Positions 46,597-56,632 of a stretch of DNA of 64,000 nucleotides are shown here, in pieces. Source of the DNA: Lentisphaerota bacterium. Lineage in GTDB: Bacteria; Verrucomicrobiota; Kiritimatiellia; CAIQIC01; Lenti-01. The stretch's first letter is position 1. The number at the start of each line of letters is the position of its first letter. The translations under genes were made by a program, and so were the position numbers. The notes under the pieces are model-generated. The model had not been told where the DNA came from and did not search any database. It saw only the letters and a list, made by a program, of their open reading frames with translations. Location of the stretch: the NCBI GenBank assembly GCA_012514035.1, contig JAAZBB010000015.1, forward strand, positions 31,077 to 95,076, in the 5' to 3' direction.

Positions 46597-49008
46597 TCAT
46601 TCCCAAGGAAATCGGCGCGCGGATTTTTCTTCGGGGGGCTCGGTAACCGGTTCCGGTTCGCTGGGCAGTTTGGCTTGAATCCGGGCCTGGAGGGCAAGGC
46701 CTTCCGGATCGTGCGGCATGAAGGTCAGATAGCGGGAGATTTGGATGTTGGCTCGCTTATACTGCCGGAGGCGATACATCGCTTCGGCCCATTTCAAATA
46801 CCGGTCATACCGGTAGGGGGCGATGTCCGAGACCTTGTTGTAGCACCTGGTTGCGATTTGCCAGTCATTGCCCCGGGAGCGCAGCGTGTACAGGACGGCC
46901 AGTTTCTCCCAAAGAAGGGGATTGTCCGGATTGCGCTTGATGGCCTGCTGTAAAAACTCGATGGCGTACCCCTCGGGTTTGAGCTGCTTCAAGGCTTCGC
47001 GCAGGAAAACACTTGTCCATGACAGGCGCTGCCGAGGGTCCTGTTCCAAGCGATTTACCAGATTTTCCAACGCCAGATTGCGACCTTCCAGTTGATGGTA
47101 GACTTCCGCCAGCAGGACGCTGGCCTCGGAGTTCCACGCATCGCGCTCCAATGCCTGAGTCAGCCAGAGACGCGCATCGGCCGGCCGTTTCCGGGCGAGT
47201 AGTTCCCGGCCGATGGCGACGGCCAGTTCAACTTCTTGATCACCGTTGTCCGAGTCCCCCTGGAGAAAGGGGAAGCCATCCCGGGCGTCCTGGCCCTGGA
47301 GTGCGCGGATCAGGCAAAGCAGGGCGCGGATATCCAGGCGGTGGGGCCACTGGCGTTGGGCTGCCTGCGCGGCCGCCTCGGCCCGGTCAAAGTCATTCGC
47401 CTCCAGCAAAAGCCAGGCCCCTCGCGCTGCCAGCCAGGGATCATTTGGGCGCCCCGCCAGTTGGCGTGACACAATCGCGCGGGTACTGGCGGGGGAAAGC
47501 GCCGCGGCATGGGCGTCCCAGGTCGTTTTTTCCTCGTTCAGCCGGGCAATGGTTTCCGGATGGGTGAGCTGCCGGCGGAAAGGCAGGCGGAGCTGCTGTT
47601 TCAGCACCGCCTCCATCTGGGCGGCGCGGCCCCAGGGATGATAGAACAGTTCGCCCGCCAGTGATTTGGAATCCGTCTCGGACGGGGCCGGACCGATGGC
47701 TTGGGCGGCTTCCAGGCGGGCCAGCAGCGCGTTGGCGAGCAGGCGGCTGGCATCGAAGGTGAAATGAATATGATCCAGAAACAGGTTGTTCCCCGGGATC
47801 CCCTCGGGCGAGGTATCGGCAAAAAGCGCCTCGGCGTCAACCAGCAACACCCCGGCCTCCGCGGCGGTGGCCCGAATGATGCCGTTCAGGCGTGAATCGG
47901 CCCGCAGGCGCAGAGCGTCGGCATCCCGCGCCCGGAGGAACAGAGCCGCCGCTTCTGCGGCCTGGTCCTGCTGCAGGGCCAGCCGGGCCGCCCGGTACAG
48001 TCCCTCGGCGTGGACCGGATCGAGCCGAATGGCCTCGGCGTAGAGCCGCGCAGCCTCCACCTGGTTGGTGGCGGTTTCGGCGACCCGGGCCATCCGCAGG
48101 ATTTCACGCACCTGCTGGGCCGCGGTTTCATCCTCCAGATAACTGGTTGAAAATGGCGCGCAGTCCCGCAGGTTGACCGGCACCGTGCAGGCCATGACGA
48201 CCGGCGCCGCGCGGCGGGCCTCCTGGAGAATCGCCGTCAGGTTTTTGCTGAACGAACGATAAACCTCTTCCAGTCGTGGATCCGCCGGCGACATCCGGCC
48301 CGCCAGCGTGGGATTCTCCTCGTGGCGCCAGGCCAGGACATCGGCCCGGGCCGGGAACAGCCGGGTCATGCCAGCCCGGTAGAGCTGCATCAGGCGGGTG
48401 CGTGAAATGACAGCCAGCGCACGCGCCAGGCGGAACCCAGGCGTGAATCCGCCTGCGCCGGAAGCAGGGCCAAAGGGTCCACTCACTTCGTGGTTTCCGA
48501 TGGACACGATCACCGCATCGGGCTTGAGCCGCCGGAGATCGCGGACTGCCTCGCGCAGCACATGGGAATTACCCTCTTCCACCCAGCCCATGGGAATCAC
48601 TTCCACGGGTCGCTCCGGATAACGGATCTGGAGCAGGCGTTCCAGTTGCCGCCCGACACCGAACGCCGCGTTGGGCGCGCCCATGAGCGCGGAATCGCCG
48701 ACCAGGCAGACGCGCAGGGCGCCGGCCGGCGGCTCTTTCCGCGCCACGACCGGAATGGGGGCCGGGGCCGTCCGCTCGGCCAGGAACCGATACGGGAAAA
48801 ACCGGTTGTCGATCCAAACCGGCTGTCCGTCGGAAATGCCCTCGCACAGGAACCGGCCGGATCGTTCCGGGTACAGCAGGAAGGCAACGGCTTCCAGCAG
48901 CAGCATGCTGCCGGCCAGCAGGGTCACCGTGATCGCCAGCCGCCGCATCCAGCGCCATCCTGGCGCCAGCCAAGGCGGATGATCGGATGGGCGGGGCGGG
49001 GTGTTCAT
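46597..49008 (-). CDS. membrane-anchored SGNH/GDSL-hydrolase-like domain protein with C-terminal TPR repeats
   Basis: N-terminal transmembrane helix. VCLVGDSALMG (GDS motif) and HEV (SGNH His). The C-terminal roughly 350 aa are TPR-like. Confidence 0.6.
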   Translation of the reverse strand: MNTPPRPSDHPPWLAPGWRWMRRLAITVTLLAGSMLLLEAVAFLLYPERSGRFLCEGISDGQPVWIDNRFFPYRFLAERTAPAPIPVVARKEPPAGALRVCLVGDSALMGAPNAAFGVGRQLERLLQIRYPERPVEVIPMGWVEEGNSHVLREAVRDLRRLKPDAVIVSIGNHEVSGPFGPASGAGGFTPGFRLARALAVISRTRLMQLYRAGMTRLFPARADVLAWRHEENPTLAGRMSPADPRLEEVYRSFSKNLTAILQEARRAAPVVMACTVPVNLRDCAPFSTSYLEDETAAQQVREILRMARVAETATNQVEAARLYAEAIRLDPVHAEGLYRAARLALQQDQAAEAAALFLRARDADALRLRADSRLNGIIRATAAEAGVLLVDAEALFADTSPEGIPGNNLFLDHIHFTFDASRLLANALLARLEAAQAIGPAPSETDSKSLAGELFYHPWGRAAQMEAVLKQQLRLPFRRQLTHPETIARLNEEKTTWDAHAAALSPASTRAIVSRQLAGRPNDPWLAARGAWLLLEANDFDRAEAAAQAAQRQWPHRLDIRALLCLIRALQGQDARDGFPFLQGDSDNGDQEVELAVAIGRELLARKRPADARLWLTQALERDAWNSEASVLLAEVYHQLEGRNLALENLVNRLEQDPRQRLSWTSVFLREALKQLKPEGYAIEFLQQAIKRNPDNPLLWEKLAVLYTLRSRGNDWQIATRCYNKVSDIAPYRYDRYLKWAEAMYRLRQYKRANIQISRYLTFMPHDPEGLALQARIQAKLPSEPEPVTEPPEEKSARRFPWE

Positions 49009-49084
49009 GTTCTGCAGGTTGTCCCGACTATAGGGGAGGCTGCGTCATGCTGTAAAGAAGCTCCGCCCGCCCGGCGCGGCAGAA

Positions 49085-49160
49085 TGGAGCCAAAGGTCGG
49101 ATTCGAACCGACGACCGTCGCATTACGAATGCGGTGCTCTGCCAGCTGAGCTACTTTGGC
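49085..49160 (-). tRNA. tRNA-Thr (anticodon CGU)
   Basis: Reverse complement folds as a cloverleaf: acceptor GCCAAAG/CTTTGGC, D-arm GCTC-AGCTGGCA-GAGC, anticodon loop TTCGTAA (CGT), T-arm GTCGG-TTCGAAT-CCGAC, encoded CCA. Closely resembles canonical tRNA-Thr(CGU). Confidence 0.9.
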
Positions 49161-49216
49161 GCCAACGGAGGCGGACTATGCCAAACAGGTCGCGGGCAAG
49201 TCAAGGGTCTGCATGG

Positions 49217-49735
49217 TGCGCGGTTGTTTCCGGGCGTCTCTCCGGTTCATGGACATGAGTGGCAGGGACCGTGGGGCAAGGGATGGCGGTTTCTTCAGGA
49301 TTTTGACGGCGCGAAAACCAACCGCCGGCATGCAGGTCCTGCGGACAGCGGGCGGGCGGCTTGGTTTTGCTGTAGGCCCGGGCGGTGACCGGGCGGGCTG
49401 TTGGTCGTTTGGCAGGGTGCGTTGGCCAAATGCCCGGACAGTTGGATTTCTGGAGAGGTTTCTGGCCGGCTCTGGCCACAGGAAGGGGGGGGATGCAAGT
49501 CAATGAAACGGAGATGCGCCCTTTGGAGTGCGGCGGGAAGCGAGGCTTGGCGAGCGCCACACCGCTTTTTCTGGGTGCAGCCGAACCGGCGGCGGAACAG
49601 CCAACAGCCGGAACAGCCAAAGCGGGGCCGCCTCCCGTTGGTCGTTGTCCCCGCACTCCAAAAAGGCCGGCCGATGGGAGTCAGATATTTCATGTCCGGT
49701 CGGTCAATGACACAGAGATGCGCGGTTGTTTCCGG
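49217..49735. repeat. composite repeat element (modules D-B-C) bounded by 17-bp direct repeats TGCGCGGTTGTTTCCGG
   Basis: Direct repeats at 49217-49233 and 49719-49735. D at 49244-49294, B at 49312-49521 and C at 49522-49664 match the copies at 21159-21557 and 42229-42369. Confidence 0.85.
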
Positions 49736-49788
49736 CCGTAATCCGAAAATGGCCAATTTGACGGCACAAAGCCGGCTTGCGCCGGATC

Positions 49789-52700
49789 TCATAACTCGAT
49801 GGCGTCGCCGGTGCGGACAAAAAGCAGCGTGCAGACGATCTGGCCTGGGGGCAGGCCAAAGAGCCGGGCGACGGCCTGGCGGTAATCATCCATCTGCAGG
49901 CGGTGGCGTCCGGGATCCGGCGTGCGGTCGGTCTTGAAATCCAGAACCCGCGCACGGACCGGCAGGCCCGCGGCGTCGCGCTCCAGATGCAGGCGATCGA
50001 TTTTGCCCGAAAGCCACCGGCCGTCCAGAACGGCTTCGAAAGCTTGCTCGCGCAGCAGTTCGACTGCGCCGCCGGGATGTTCCAAAACGGCGTGGGCGTC
50101 GGGATGCTGCAGGAATTCGGTCACCAGCCCCGCCGCGAGAGGGTCGCGGGTCTCAAGCTTGGGCAGTTCTCCGGCCGCCAGCCATTCGATCTGTTCGAAC
50201 AGGGCATGAACCCGGGTGCCGAGATCGCGGGCTTCGGCACCTTCGGGGCGGAAATACCGGCCATCCAGGCCTTCGCCTCCGGCGTGGTCCTCCGAGGCAA
50301 TATGCGATTCCATGGGCCGTTCGAAGGGCGCCCGCGGCAGGGTTTCGAACCGGAGCGGGGCGCATGGCGCGTCGGCGGGCTTTTCGTCGCCCGTCTTGCG
50401 CCGCCACCATTCGCGCTCACCGGCTTCCCAGGCGGGGATTTCCGGATCGGCCTCCGCCCCCGGAGCCAAGGTGTTCTGCAGCACATTGTCCAGGCGCAGG
50501 GTGCTGCTTTTTTCGGCGGGGGCGGTCGTGATCAGGTAAAGTGCGCGCTTGGCGCGGGTCATGGCGACATAGAGCAGGCGCAGCTCCTCCAGCGCGTTAT
50601 GGCGGCGGTCCTCGGCATATTGTGCGGCCAGGACCGGATCGGCCTCGAGCGCCTTGGTCTCGGGGGAGGACAGGATCCAGTCCACGGGCGGAAGGGGTTC
50701 GTCGCCGGCCCTCTCGTGCACCAGCAGCGGCTCCTTGCTGTGCGCGGTGATGCCGTTGCTTCCCAGGGCCGGCAGGATGACGATGTCATATTCCAGCCCC
50801 TTGGCCTTGTGCATGGTCAGGATGTGGATGTTGGACCCGCTTTGCTCGGCGGGAATTTCCTGCGCCTGCACGTGGGAGCAGAAGAGCAGGGCGTTGCCGC
50901 CCGGCATCCGGTCGAAATCGGCCGCAATGGAGATCAGCAGGCGCAGGCGGTTTTGCTCCAGCGGAGCCTGGCTCAGGTCCAGCCGGGCGGCCAGGCGGGT
51001 GACGAATCCGGCATAGCCTTGTTCGCGGATCAGCCGCGCCCATGCAGTCAGTTCGACGGGTTCGAGCGAAACGACGGGCGCCAGCGCCGACATCAATACA
51101 TGCTGTCGGGCGAACTCATCGCCGGGATGCTCGCTGAGCCTGGCCAAAGAAAGCACCGCCGGGATCAGGGTGTTGTCGAGCAGTTCGGAATTGCCGGCCC
51201 AGACGGCGTGGATGCCCTTGGCGGCCAGCGCCCCGAGCATGTTCCGCCCGTCGGGGTTGCTGCGGGTCAGGATGGCCACCGAATGCCGGTCGAAATCCGG
51301 AATCTCCCCGCGGAGTTGTTCCACCAGCCTGGCCGCGCGCTGGATGGCCGGCGGATAGGATGCTTCTGCTTCTTCGGGTTCTTCCTGCCCGGGCCGGGGC
51401 AGCACATGCAGGGCAACGTGGCCGGACAGGTCCTTGTTTGGATCGGCCGCCCGGTGCGCCGTCCATTCCGGCTGCCAGCGGCCGGCGATCTCGATCCAAT
51501 CGCCATGAAGCTGTTCGTTACGGGGCAGCGGCATGCCGGCCAGCGCATTGAAAACGCGGTTCACGGCCTCGAGCACCACCGGGCTGGAGCGCCATGAGGC
51601 GACGAGCGGCTCGGATACGTCAATGGCCGGTGCGGCACCGGGCCGGTTGTATTTCGCCAGGATGCGCCGGAACAGGCGCGGATCGCCCCCGCGCCATTCA
51701 TAGATGGCCTGTTTCACGTCCCCCACATAGAAAAACGTGCGCCCGCCCTCCGCATCCTGGATGACCTCGTCCACCAGGTTCTCGATGACGGACCACTGCA
51801 CCAGCGAGGTGTCCTGGAATTCGTCGAGCAACCAATGCCGGAAGCGGGCGTCGAGGCGGTAATCCATTCGCGCCCGGAGGTCGGCCACCGCCGCGCCCGC
51901 CGCGGGGCTGAGCAGGTGGGCGATGTCGCTGAACGCCACCTGTCCGCTGCCGCGGATATGTTCGCTGCGGCTCCGCCCATAGGCGGACAGCAACTGGAAC
52001 AGACCGCGCGTCCGGGCGATCTGCCGCCCGAGGATGGCGTGGCGGATATGCGCGAACACCCCGGCCAACGTGTGTCGCGTTTCCGCCGACAACTTGACCT
52101 CGGACTTGCGGATCTGGATGGAAGCGCCGGTTTCCCCCGGCGCGGCGAAGGCTTGGTACAGGCGGTTGGCCAGGGTGTTTCCAAAATCAAAGTCGCCGGT
52201 TTGCCGGCAGGCCCGTAGAACGCCGATGAACCGCCGCCAATCATTCTGGGCCTGGCCGGGGGGGATGGACTCCGCCTGGTCTTCCAGGGTGGAAAAGACT
52301 GTCGGCCAATCGGGCTGCGCGGGGGCGGGCAGGCCGCCCGGCCAAATCCGGGAGGCATCGCCCCACAGTTCCGACCGGGGCGCGCGGCGATAGAGTTCAT
52401 ACTGGTTCCCGATCAGGTCTTGCAGGGCTCCATAGACGCTTTTCTTCTCTTCCCCGAAGGTGGCCCGCTGGAAGGCCTCCATCAGCTCGCGGCGGTGCGG
52501 CTCCGTCGCGGCCACCTGTCCCAGCAGCCGTTGCAGGACGAGATCCTCCTCGGCGGCTTGCACGTCCGGCGCAATGCCCGGCTCCGCCGCAATCCCGTAT
52601 TCCAGGCGGAACTGGCGCAGAATCTGCAAAAAGAACGAATCCAGCGTGCCGATCCGCAGGCCCGGCAGCGCATGCACCAGGGCGTGCAAGGCGGCCTGTG

Positions 52701-52977
52701 CGGCGGCGTGGCTGGCGAATTCCGGCAGACCGCCGTCGGCCAGGTGGCGGTTCAAATCCGCGAATTCCTTTGCGCTGGCGGCTGCCTGCGCCAGCCGCGT
52801 CAGGATGCGCGCCAGGATTTCGCCCGCCGCCTTGCGCGTGAAGGTCAGCGCGACGATGGAGGCCGGGTCCGCCCCGCCGGCCAGCAGGGCCAGGTAGCGG
52901 CTGCTCAGCGCAAAGGTTTTCCCGGTGCCGGCGGATGCCGCCATCGCCGCGCTGCGGATGGAACAAGCGGTGTTCAT
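49789..52977 (-). CDS. addA: ATP-dependent helicase/nuclease subunit A (UvrD-like helicase plus C-terminal PD-(D/E)XK nuclease)
   Basis: N-terminal AGTGKTFAL Walker A of the UvrD/Rep family. C-terminal LDFKTD nuclease motif. 1062 aa. Overlaps the addB stop by 4 nt. Confidence 0.85.
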   Translation of the reverse strand: MNTACSIRSAAMAASAGTGKTFALSSRYLALLAGGADPASIVALTFTRKAAGEILARILTRLAQAAASAKEFADLNRHLADGGLPEFASHAAAQAALHALVHALPGLRIGTLDSFFLQILRQFRLEYGIAAEPGIAPDVQAAEEDLVLQRLLGQVAATEPHRRELMEAFQRATFGEEKKSVYGALQDLIGNQYELYRRAPRSELWGDASRIWPGGLPAPAQPDWPTVFSTLEDQAESIPPGQAQNDWRRFIGVLRACRQTGDFDFGNTLANRLYQAFAAPGETGASIQIRKSEVKLSAETRHTLAGVFAHIRHAILGRQIARTRGLFQLLSAYGRSRSEHIRGSGQVAFSDIAHLLSPAAGAAVADLRARMDYRLDARFRHWLLDEFQDTSLVQWSVIENLVDEVIQDAEGGRTFFYVGDVKQAIYEWRGGDPRLFRRILAKYNRPGAAPAIDVSEPLVASWRSSPVVLEAVNRVFNALAGMPLPRNEQLHGDWIEIAGRWQPEWTAHRAADPNKDLSGHVALHVLPRPGQEEPEEAEASYPPAIQRAARLVEQLRGEIPDFDRHSVAILTRSNPDGRNMLGALAAKGIHAVWAGNSELLDNTLIPAVLSLARLSEHPGDEFARQHVLMSALAPVVSLEPVELTAWARLIREQGYAGFVTRLAARLDLSQAPLEQNRLRLLISIAADFDRMPGGNALLFCSHVQAQEIPAEQSGSNIHILTMHKAKGLEYDIVILPALGSNGITAHSKEPLLVHERAGDEPLPPVDWILSSPETKALEADPVLAAQYAEDRRHNALEELRLLYVAMTRAKRALYLITTAPAEKSSTLRLDNVLQNTLAPGAEADPEIPAWEAGEREWWRRKTGDEKPADAPCAPLRFETLPRAPFERPMESHIASEDHAGGEGLDGRYFRPEGAEARDLGTRVHALFEQIEWLAAGELPKLETRDPLAAGLVTEFLQHPDAHAVLEHPGGAVELLREQAFEAVLDGRWLSGKIDRLHLERDAAGLPVRARVLDFKTDRTPDPGRHRLQMDDYRQAVARLFGLPPGQIVCTLLFVRTGDAIEL

Positions 52978-55787
52978 CGTTGGCCCGGCTCCCGGATCAG
53001 CGGCCGCCCCCCGGAAAACAGCGGCCCGAAATCGTCAAACCGGATGCTTCGATCCGTCGGCGGCCAGAACGTTCCGGCCTGGATGCGGGCAATGACTTCG
53101 CGGGCCTTGGCCAGGGCTGCGGGGTAGAGGTCTTCCCCGCCCTTGGAGCGCAGGTCCCACTCGAGGATTCCGGTCCGCCCGGTGGCCTGGGGCAGATTGA
53201 AATAGCCCACGGTGATGTCCGCGGCCGGAACATGCAACTGTTCGTAGATGAAGCGATAGAGCGGCAACTGCAGATCGGCCCAGCGCTCTTCCGAATTCGG
53301 CCGGAAGTGCGTTTTGAGGGGCGCATCCCCGCTGTCGGACGTCTTGTAGTCGAGGATGCGGATGCGCCCGGTTTCCAGATGCCGGTCAATCCGGTCTATG
53401 CGCGCCCGCAGAAGCATGCCGTCGAGTTCAGCCTCATGGTTCTCCTCGGCGGAGATGATTCGCCACCCCTCCCGAACCGCGGCCGCGTGGATGCGCGCAG
53501 CCGCGATCAGCCGCCGCCGCAGGGATTCCAGCTGGACGATCGCCGCAACCGGCGGCTGCGGCCCGAATCGCCGCCCCGCCAATTCGTCGAGTTCATGCAG
53601 CAGCCGGGCGCTGAGTTCTTCTTCATCGGCCAGCGCGGGGTGCTGCTTGAGGATGCGCAGGACCTCGTGCGCCAGGGTCCCGAAATCCATGATGCTGATT
53701 TCCCGGGCGCGGTCGTCTTCGGCCTGCATGCCGAACACCTCGGCCAGATAGAAGCGGAACGGACAGGTGAGATAGGTCTTGAACGCCGTCACGGACAACC
53801 GGCGTGGAATCCGCTCCGGCGGACAGGCCGGTGGCGTCAGTGGGAGTACCGGCCGCGCCGGAACCGCGGCGGCCGTCCCGCGCCATCCGGGCCGCCCGAA
53901 AATCAGGTTCACACGCCCGGGCAGAGCGGAATCCGGGCACGCCAGCAGGAGGCGGGAAGGCAATTGCGGGTCCTGGTTTGCGGCCCGCCGGCTGTACAGG
54001 AAACGCACCCCCCCGGCCGGGCGCGATTCCAGCAACGTGCGGGCCAGATACAGGTCCCGGGCATGCAACTCGCGGTTCCCGGCCATGCCCGCCTTGGCGC
54101 GGATGGAATCCGGCAGGAAGGCATCGCCCATCCGGGTTTCCGGAATGACGCCTTCACGCATGTCCGCCAGCAGGACTGCCGGCGACGTTTCCCATTGCAC
54201 TTCCAGCCAGCCGATGGTCTCCCGTGTGGCGGACCGGTTGGGCTTGGGAAACACCGTTTCGTTGCCCATCGCCGCCAGCAGCAGATCAATGGCATCTTCC
54301 CTGGTCAGTTTCAGGAGGCGGGCAGTCTCTGCGGTTGTCCCGATCAAGTCGGCCAGGCGGGCGGCCGCCTCGGCAAACAGCGGATCGGGAGGGAAATCCG
54401 CCGCCGGCCGGCGCGCATCATGGACATCGGCCAGGAAACGCGGCAGGGCATCCCCGAAATGTTTGCTCAATTCGTCCAGGGCACTGGCCAGCACCCGCCC
54501 ATCCGGGTCCTGCTGCGCAAACCGGCGCAGGTCATCGAAGGTCATCGGCAGGTGTCGGGCCTGGCATTGATCCAGTTGGGACAGCAACTCCACCGCGTCC
54601 TGCAGCCCCAGCCGGCCGCAGAGCCAGGCCTGGGCGTCGGGATGCCGGAGAAAAGCGGCGGTGGCGGCATAATCCCGCCGTCGCAGCAGCGACAGCCAGT
54701 CGGCCAACAGCCGGCCCGGCGCGGTAGCGGCCAGCGGCACCCCGTTGGGCAGGTACAGCGCGACATTCTCCGCCTGCAGGCGGCGGGCGAGGGCCTGGGC
54801 GTTTCCGGGATCAGGTGTGCAGACCGTCAGCGCCTGCTTCTTCCGGTGCGCTTCCAGCACCATGGCTGCCAGCGTTTCCGTTTCGTCGGGAGCCTGTTCA
54901 AAGACATGAATCTGGTGTTCCGGCAAGGGCAGGGGCTGGTTTTCCCAGTGCGCGGGGAGGGGTCGCCCCCAATCGTCGAACCGGTTCCCCTCCGCGGCCG
55001 GCGCCAGGATATGCAGCTCAATCTCACATGGCGCGGCCAGCGTTTGGATCCGGTGCACGGCCAGGGCCGGCAAATCCGGAACGAACAGAACCAACACCCG
55101 CTGAAAAGGCGCCGGCGGCGATGCCTGCCCCGCCGCTTCGCGGCGGGCCTGGAACGGATCCCGCAATCCCTGCCGCGCGATATCCTGCAACAAGCCCTGT
55201 TCCAGTGCGGCGATCTCGCTCCAGCGTTCCCGTTCCTCGTCCGGCACCAGCGCGATCATGTCGGCGGCCGCACGATCCGCCTGGGTCAACTGCCGCCGGA
55301 CCTCCTGGAGCTGCGCGGCGATTCCGAGGGCAAAGGCAAAGTCCCATGGCGTGCCATGGGTGGGCAGCAACGCCGGAAGTTGGTTGTGCTGGTTGAGCAG
55401 CCGCCGCGCCAGCAGCGCCAGCACCAGGGTTTCGTCCGCCACTCCATCCGGCAGCGAACCCATATGCTCCGGCGTCACAATGGAACCACCCAGGACAGCC
55501 GTCCCTCTCGCCGCAGCCGTTCGGGCCAGTTCCGCGCGTAACCGCCGCCCTGCGTGGCGCGTCGGCACCACGATCAGGCAACTCCGCAGATCCAGCGGCC
55601 CCGGCCCCGGCCAGTCCCGCGACAGCACCTCCACCGCCGCTCGCAGGACCGGGGTTTTCCAGTCGTGGAAATGCCGGGAAATGCTCACCCCCGAACCCTG
55701 ACGGAAAGAACCGTAAAAATCAATTTCAACCCGGCATGCGCCGGCGGCCATGCCCGGCCATTGCCATCCCGGGTTTTCCAGGCTCAT
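52974..55787 (-). CDS. addB: helicase/nuclease subunit B-like PD-(D/E)XK nuclease family protein
   Basis: 937 aa. N-terminal degenerate ATPase region (LIVVPTRHAGRRL). C-terminal RecB-type nuclease region (YLTCPFRFY). Co-operonic with addA. Confidence 0.68.
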   Translation of the reverse strand: MSLENPGWQWPGMAAGACRVEIDFYGSFRQGSGVSISRHFHDWKTPVLRAAVEVLSRDWPGPGPLDLRSCLIVVPTRHAGRRLRAELARTAAARGTAVLGGSIVTPEHMGSLPDGVADETLVLALLARRLLNQHNQLPALLPTHGTPWDFAFALGIAAQLQEVRRQLTQADRAAADMIALVPDEERERWSEIAALEQGLLQDIARQGLRDPFQARREAAGQASPPAPFQRVLVLFVPDLPALAVHRIQTLAAPCEIELHILAPAAEGNRFDDWGRPLPAHWENQPLPLPEHQIHVFEQAPDETETLAAMVLEAHRKKQALTVCTPDPGNAQALARRLQAENVALYLPNGVPLAATAPGRLLADWLSLLRRRDYAATAAFLRHPDAQAWLCGRLGLQDAVELLSQLDQCQARHLPMTFDDLRRFAQQDPDGRVLASALDELSKHFGDALPRFLADVHDARRPAADFPPDPLFAEAAARLADLIGTTAETARLLKLTREDAIDLLLAAMGNETVFPKPNRSATRETIGWLEVQWETSPAVLLADMREGVIPETRMGDAFLPDSIRAKAGMAGNRELHARDLYLARTLLESRPAGGVRFLYSRRAANQDPQLPSRLLLACPDSALPGRVNLIFGRPGWRGTAAAVPARPVLPLTPPACPPERIPRRLSVTAFKTYLTCPFRFYLAEVFGMQAEDDRAREISIMDFGTLAHEVLRILKQHPALADEEELSARLLHELDELAGRRFGPQPPVAAIVQLESLRRRLIAAARIHAAAVREGWRIISAEENHEAELDGMLLRARIDRIDRHLETGRIRILDYKTSDSGDAPLKTHFRPNSEERWADLQLPLYRFIYEQLHVPAADITVGYFNLPQATGRTGILEWDLRSKGGEDLYPAALAKAREVIARIQAGTFWPPTDRSIRFDDFGPLFSGGRPLIREPGQR

Positions 55788-55896
55788 GCGGCCACCGTCC
55801 GTTCGCGGCCAAAGTAAAAAAGGGGGCGTTTATTCTTTCCGGCCCACCGGACCCGTGGCACAATGCAACTGGCAAACGCAACAGGAGCATTCAGCC

Positions 55897-56460
55897 ATGC
55901 AAACCGCACTGCCGGCGGAATTCAAACGGGGCCAGGTGTTGCAGCTCGACGGCGTGCCGTACCTCATCGAAGAACTGCACGTCACGGGAACGGCGAAGAC
56001 CAAGCACAAGCTGCATGTCCAGGTCCGGAATCTCCACAACGGCCACGTGTTCGAACGGACGTTCCCGGACAACGAGCGGGTGCCGACGGCGGAACTGGAA
56101 TACCGGCGCGCCAGTTACAGCTATGCCAGGGATAACGTCTTCATGTTCCTCGACGCGGAAACCTTCGTAGAACTCTCGCTGACCGGCGACCAGCTCGGCC
56201 CCCGCCGCTATTTCCTCAAGGAGAACGAGGAATACCGCACGGTAGTCCTGGAAGGCCGGCTGCTGGATATCGTTTTACCCGACATCGTGACCCTGAAGGT
56301 GCGGGAGACCGCCCCGGCGCAGCACGGCGGCGGCGATTCCGCCTGGAAATCCGCGGTCATGGAAGGCGGCCTGGAAATCCAGGTGCCGCTGTTCATCGCC
56401 CCCGGCGAATCCCTCCTGGTCGACACTAAGACCCGCAAATACGTCGGCAAGTCCGGATGA
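55897..56460 (+). CDS. efp: elongation factor P family protein
   Basis: KRGQVLQLDGVPYLIEELHVTGTAKTKHKLHVQVRNL (KOW-like domain I) and a three-domain length of 187 aa. ACAGGAG ribosome-binding site. Confidence 0.82.
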   Translation: MQTALPAEFKRGQVLQLDGVPYLIEELHVTGTAKTKHKLHVQVRNLHNGHVFERTFPDNERVPTAELEYRRASYSYARDNVFMFLDAETFVELSLTGDQLGPRRYFLKENEEYRTVVLEGRLLDIVLPDIVTLKVRETAPAQHGGGDSAWKSAVMEGGLEIQVPLFIAPGESLLVDTKTRKYVGKSG

Positions 56461-56632
56461 GAGGTGGCGGTGGCTGGCTGTATATTGTAGAACCTGTTTC
56501 GACCCCGACTTTGCCACGCGAAGCCTGTAGCCGCGCACGGTGGGCGCGGGGCTGTTGACGAACCGCTGAAACACTTGCCATGACTCCAAATTTACCTTAG
56601 TAATATAGAACTAGCCCGGTTGCACGCAGCGT

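Noticed and set aside
55750-55896. 49-codon upstream extension of efp (MPGHCHPGFSRLMRPPSV…).
   Set aside because: EF-P homology and an ACAGGAG ribosome-binding site support the ATG at 55897.
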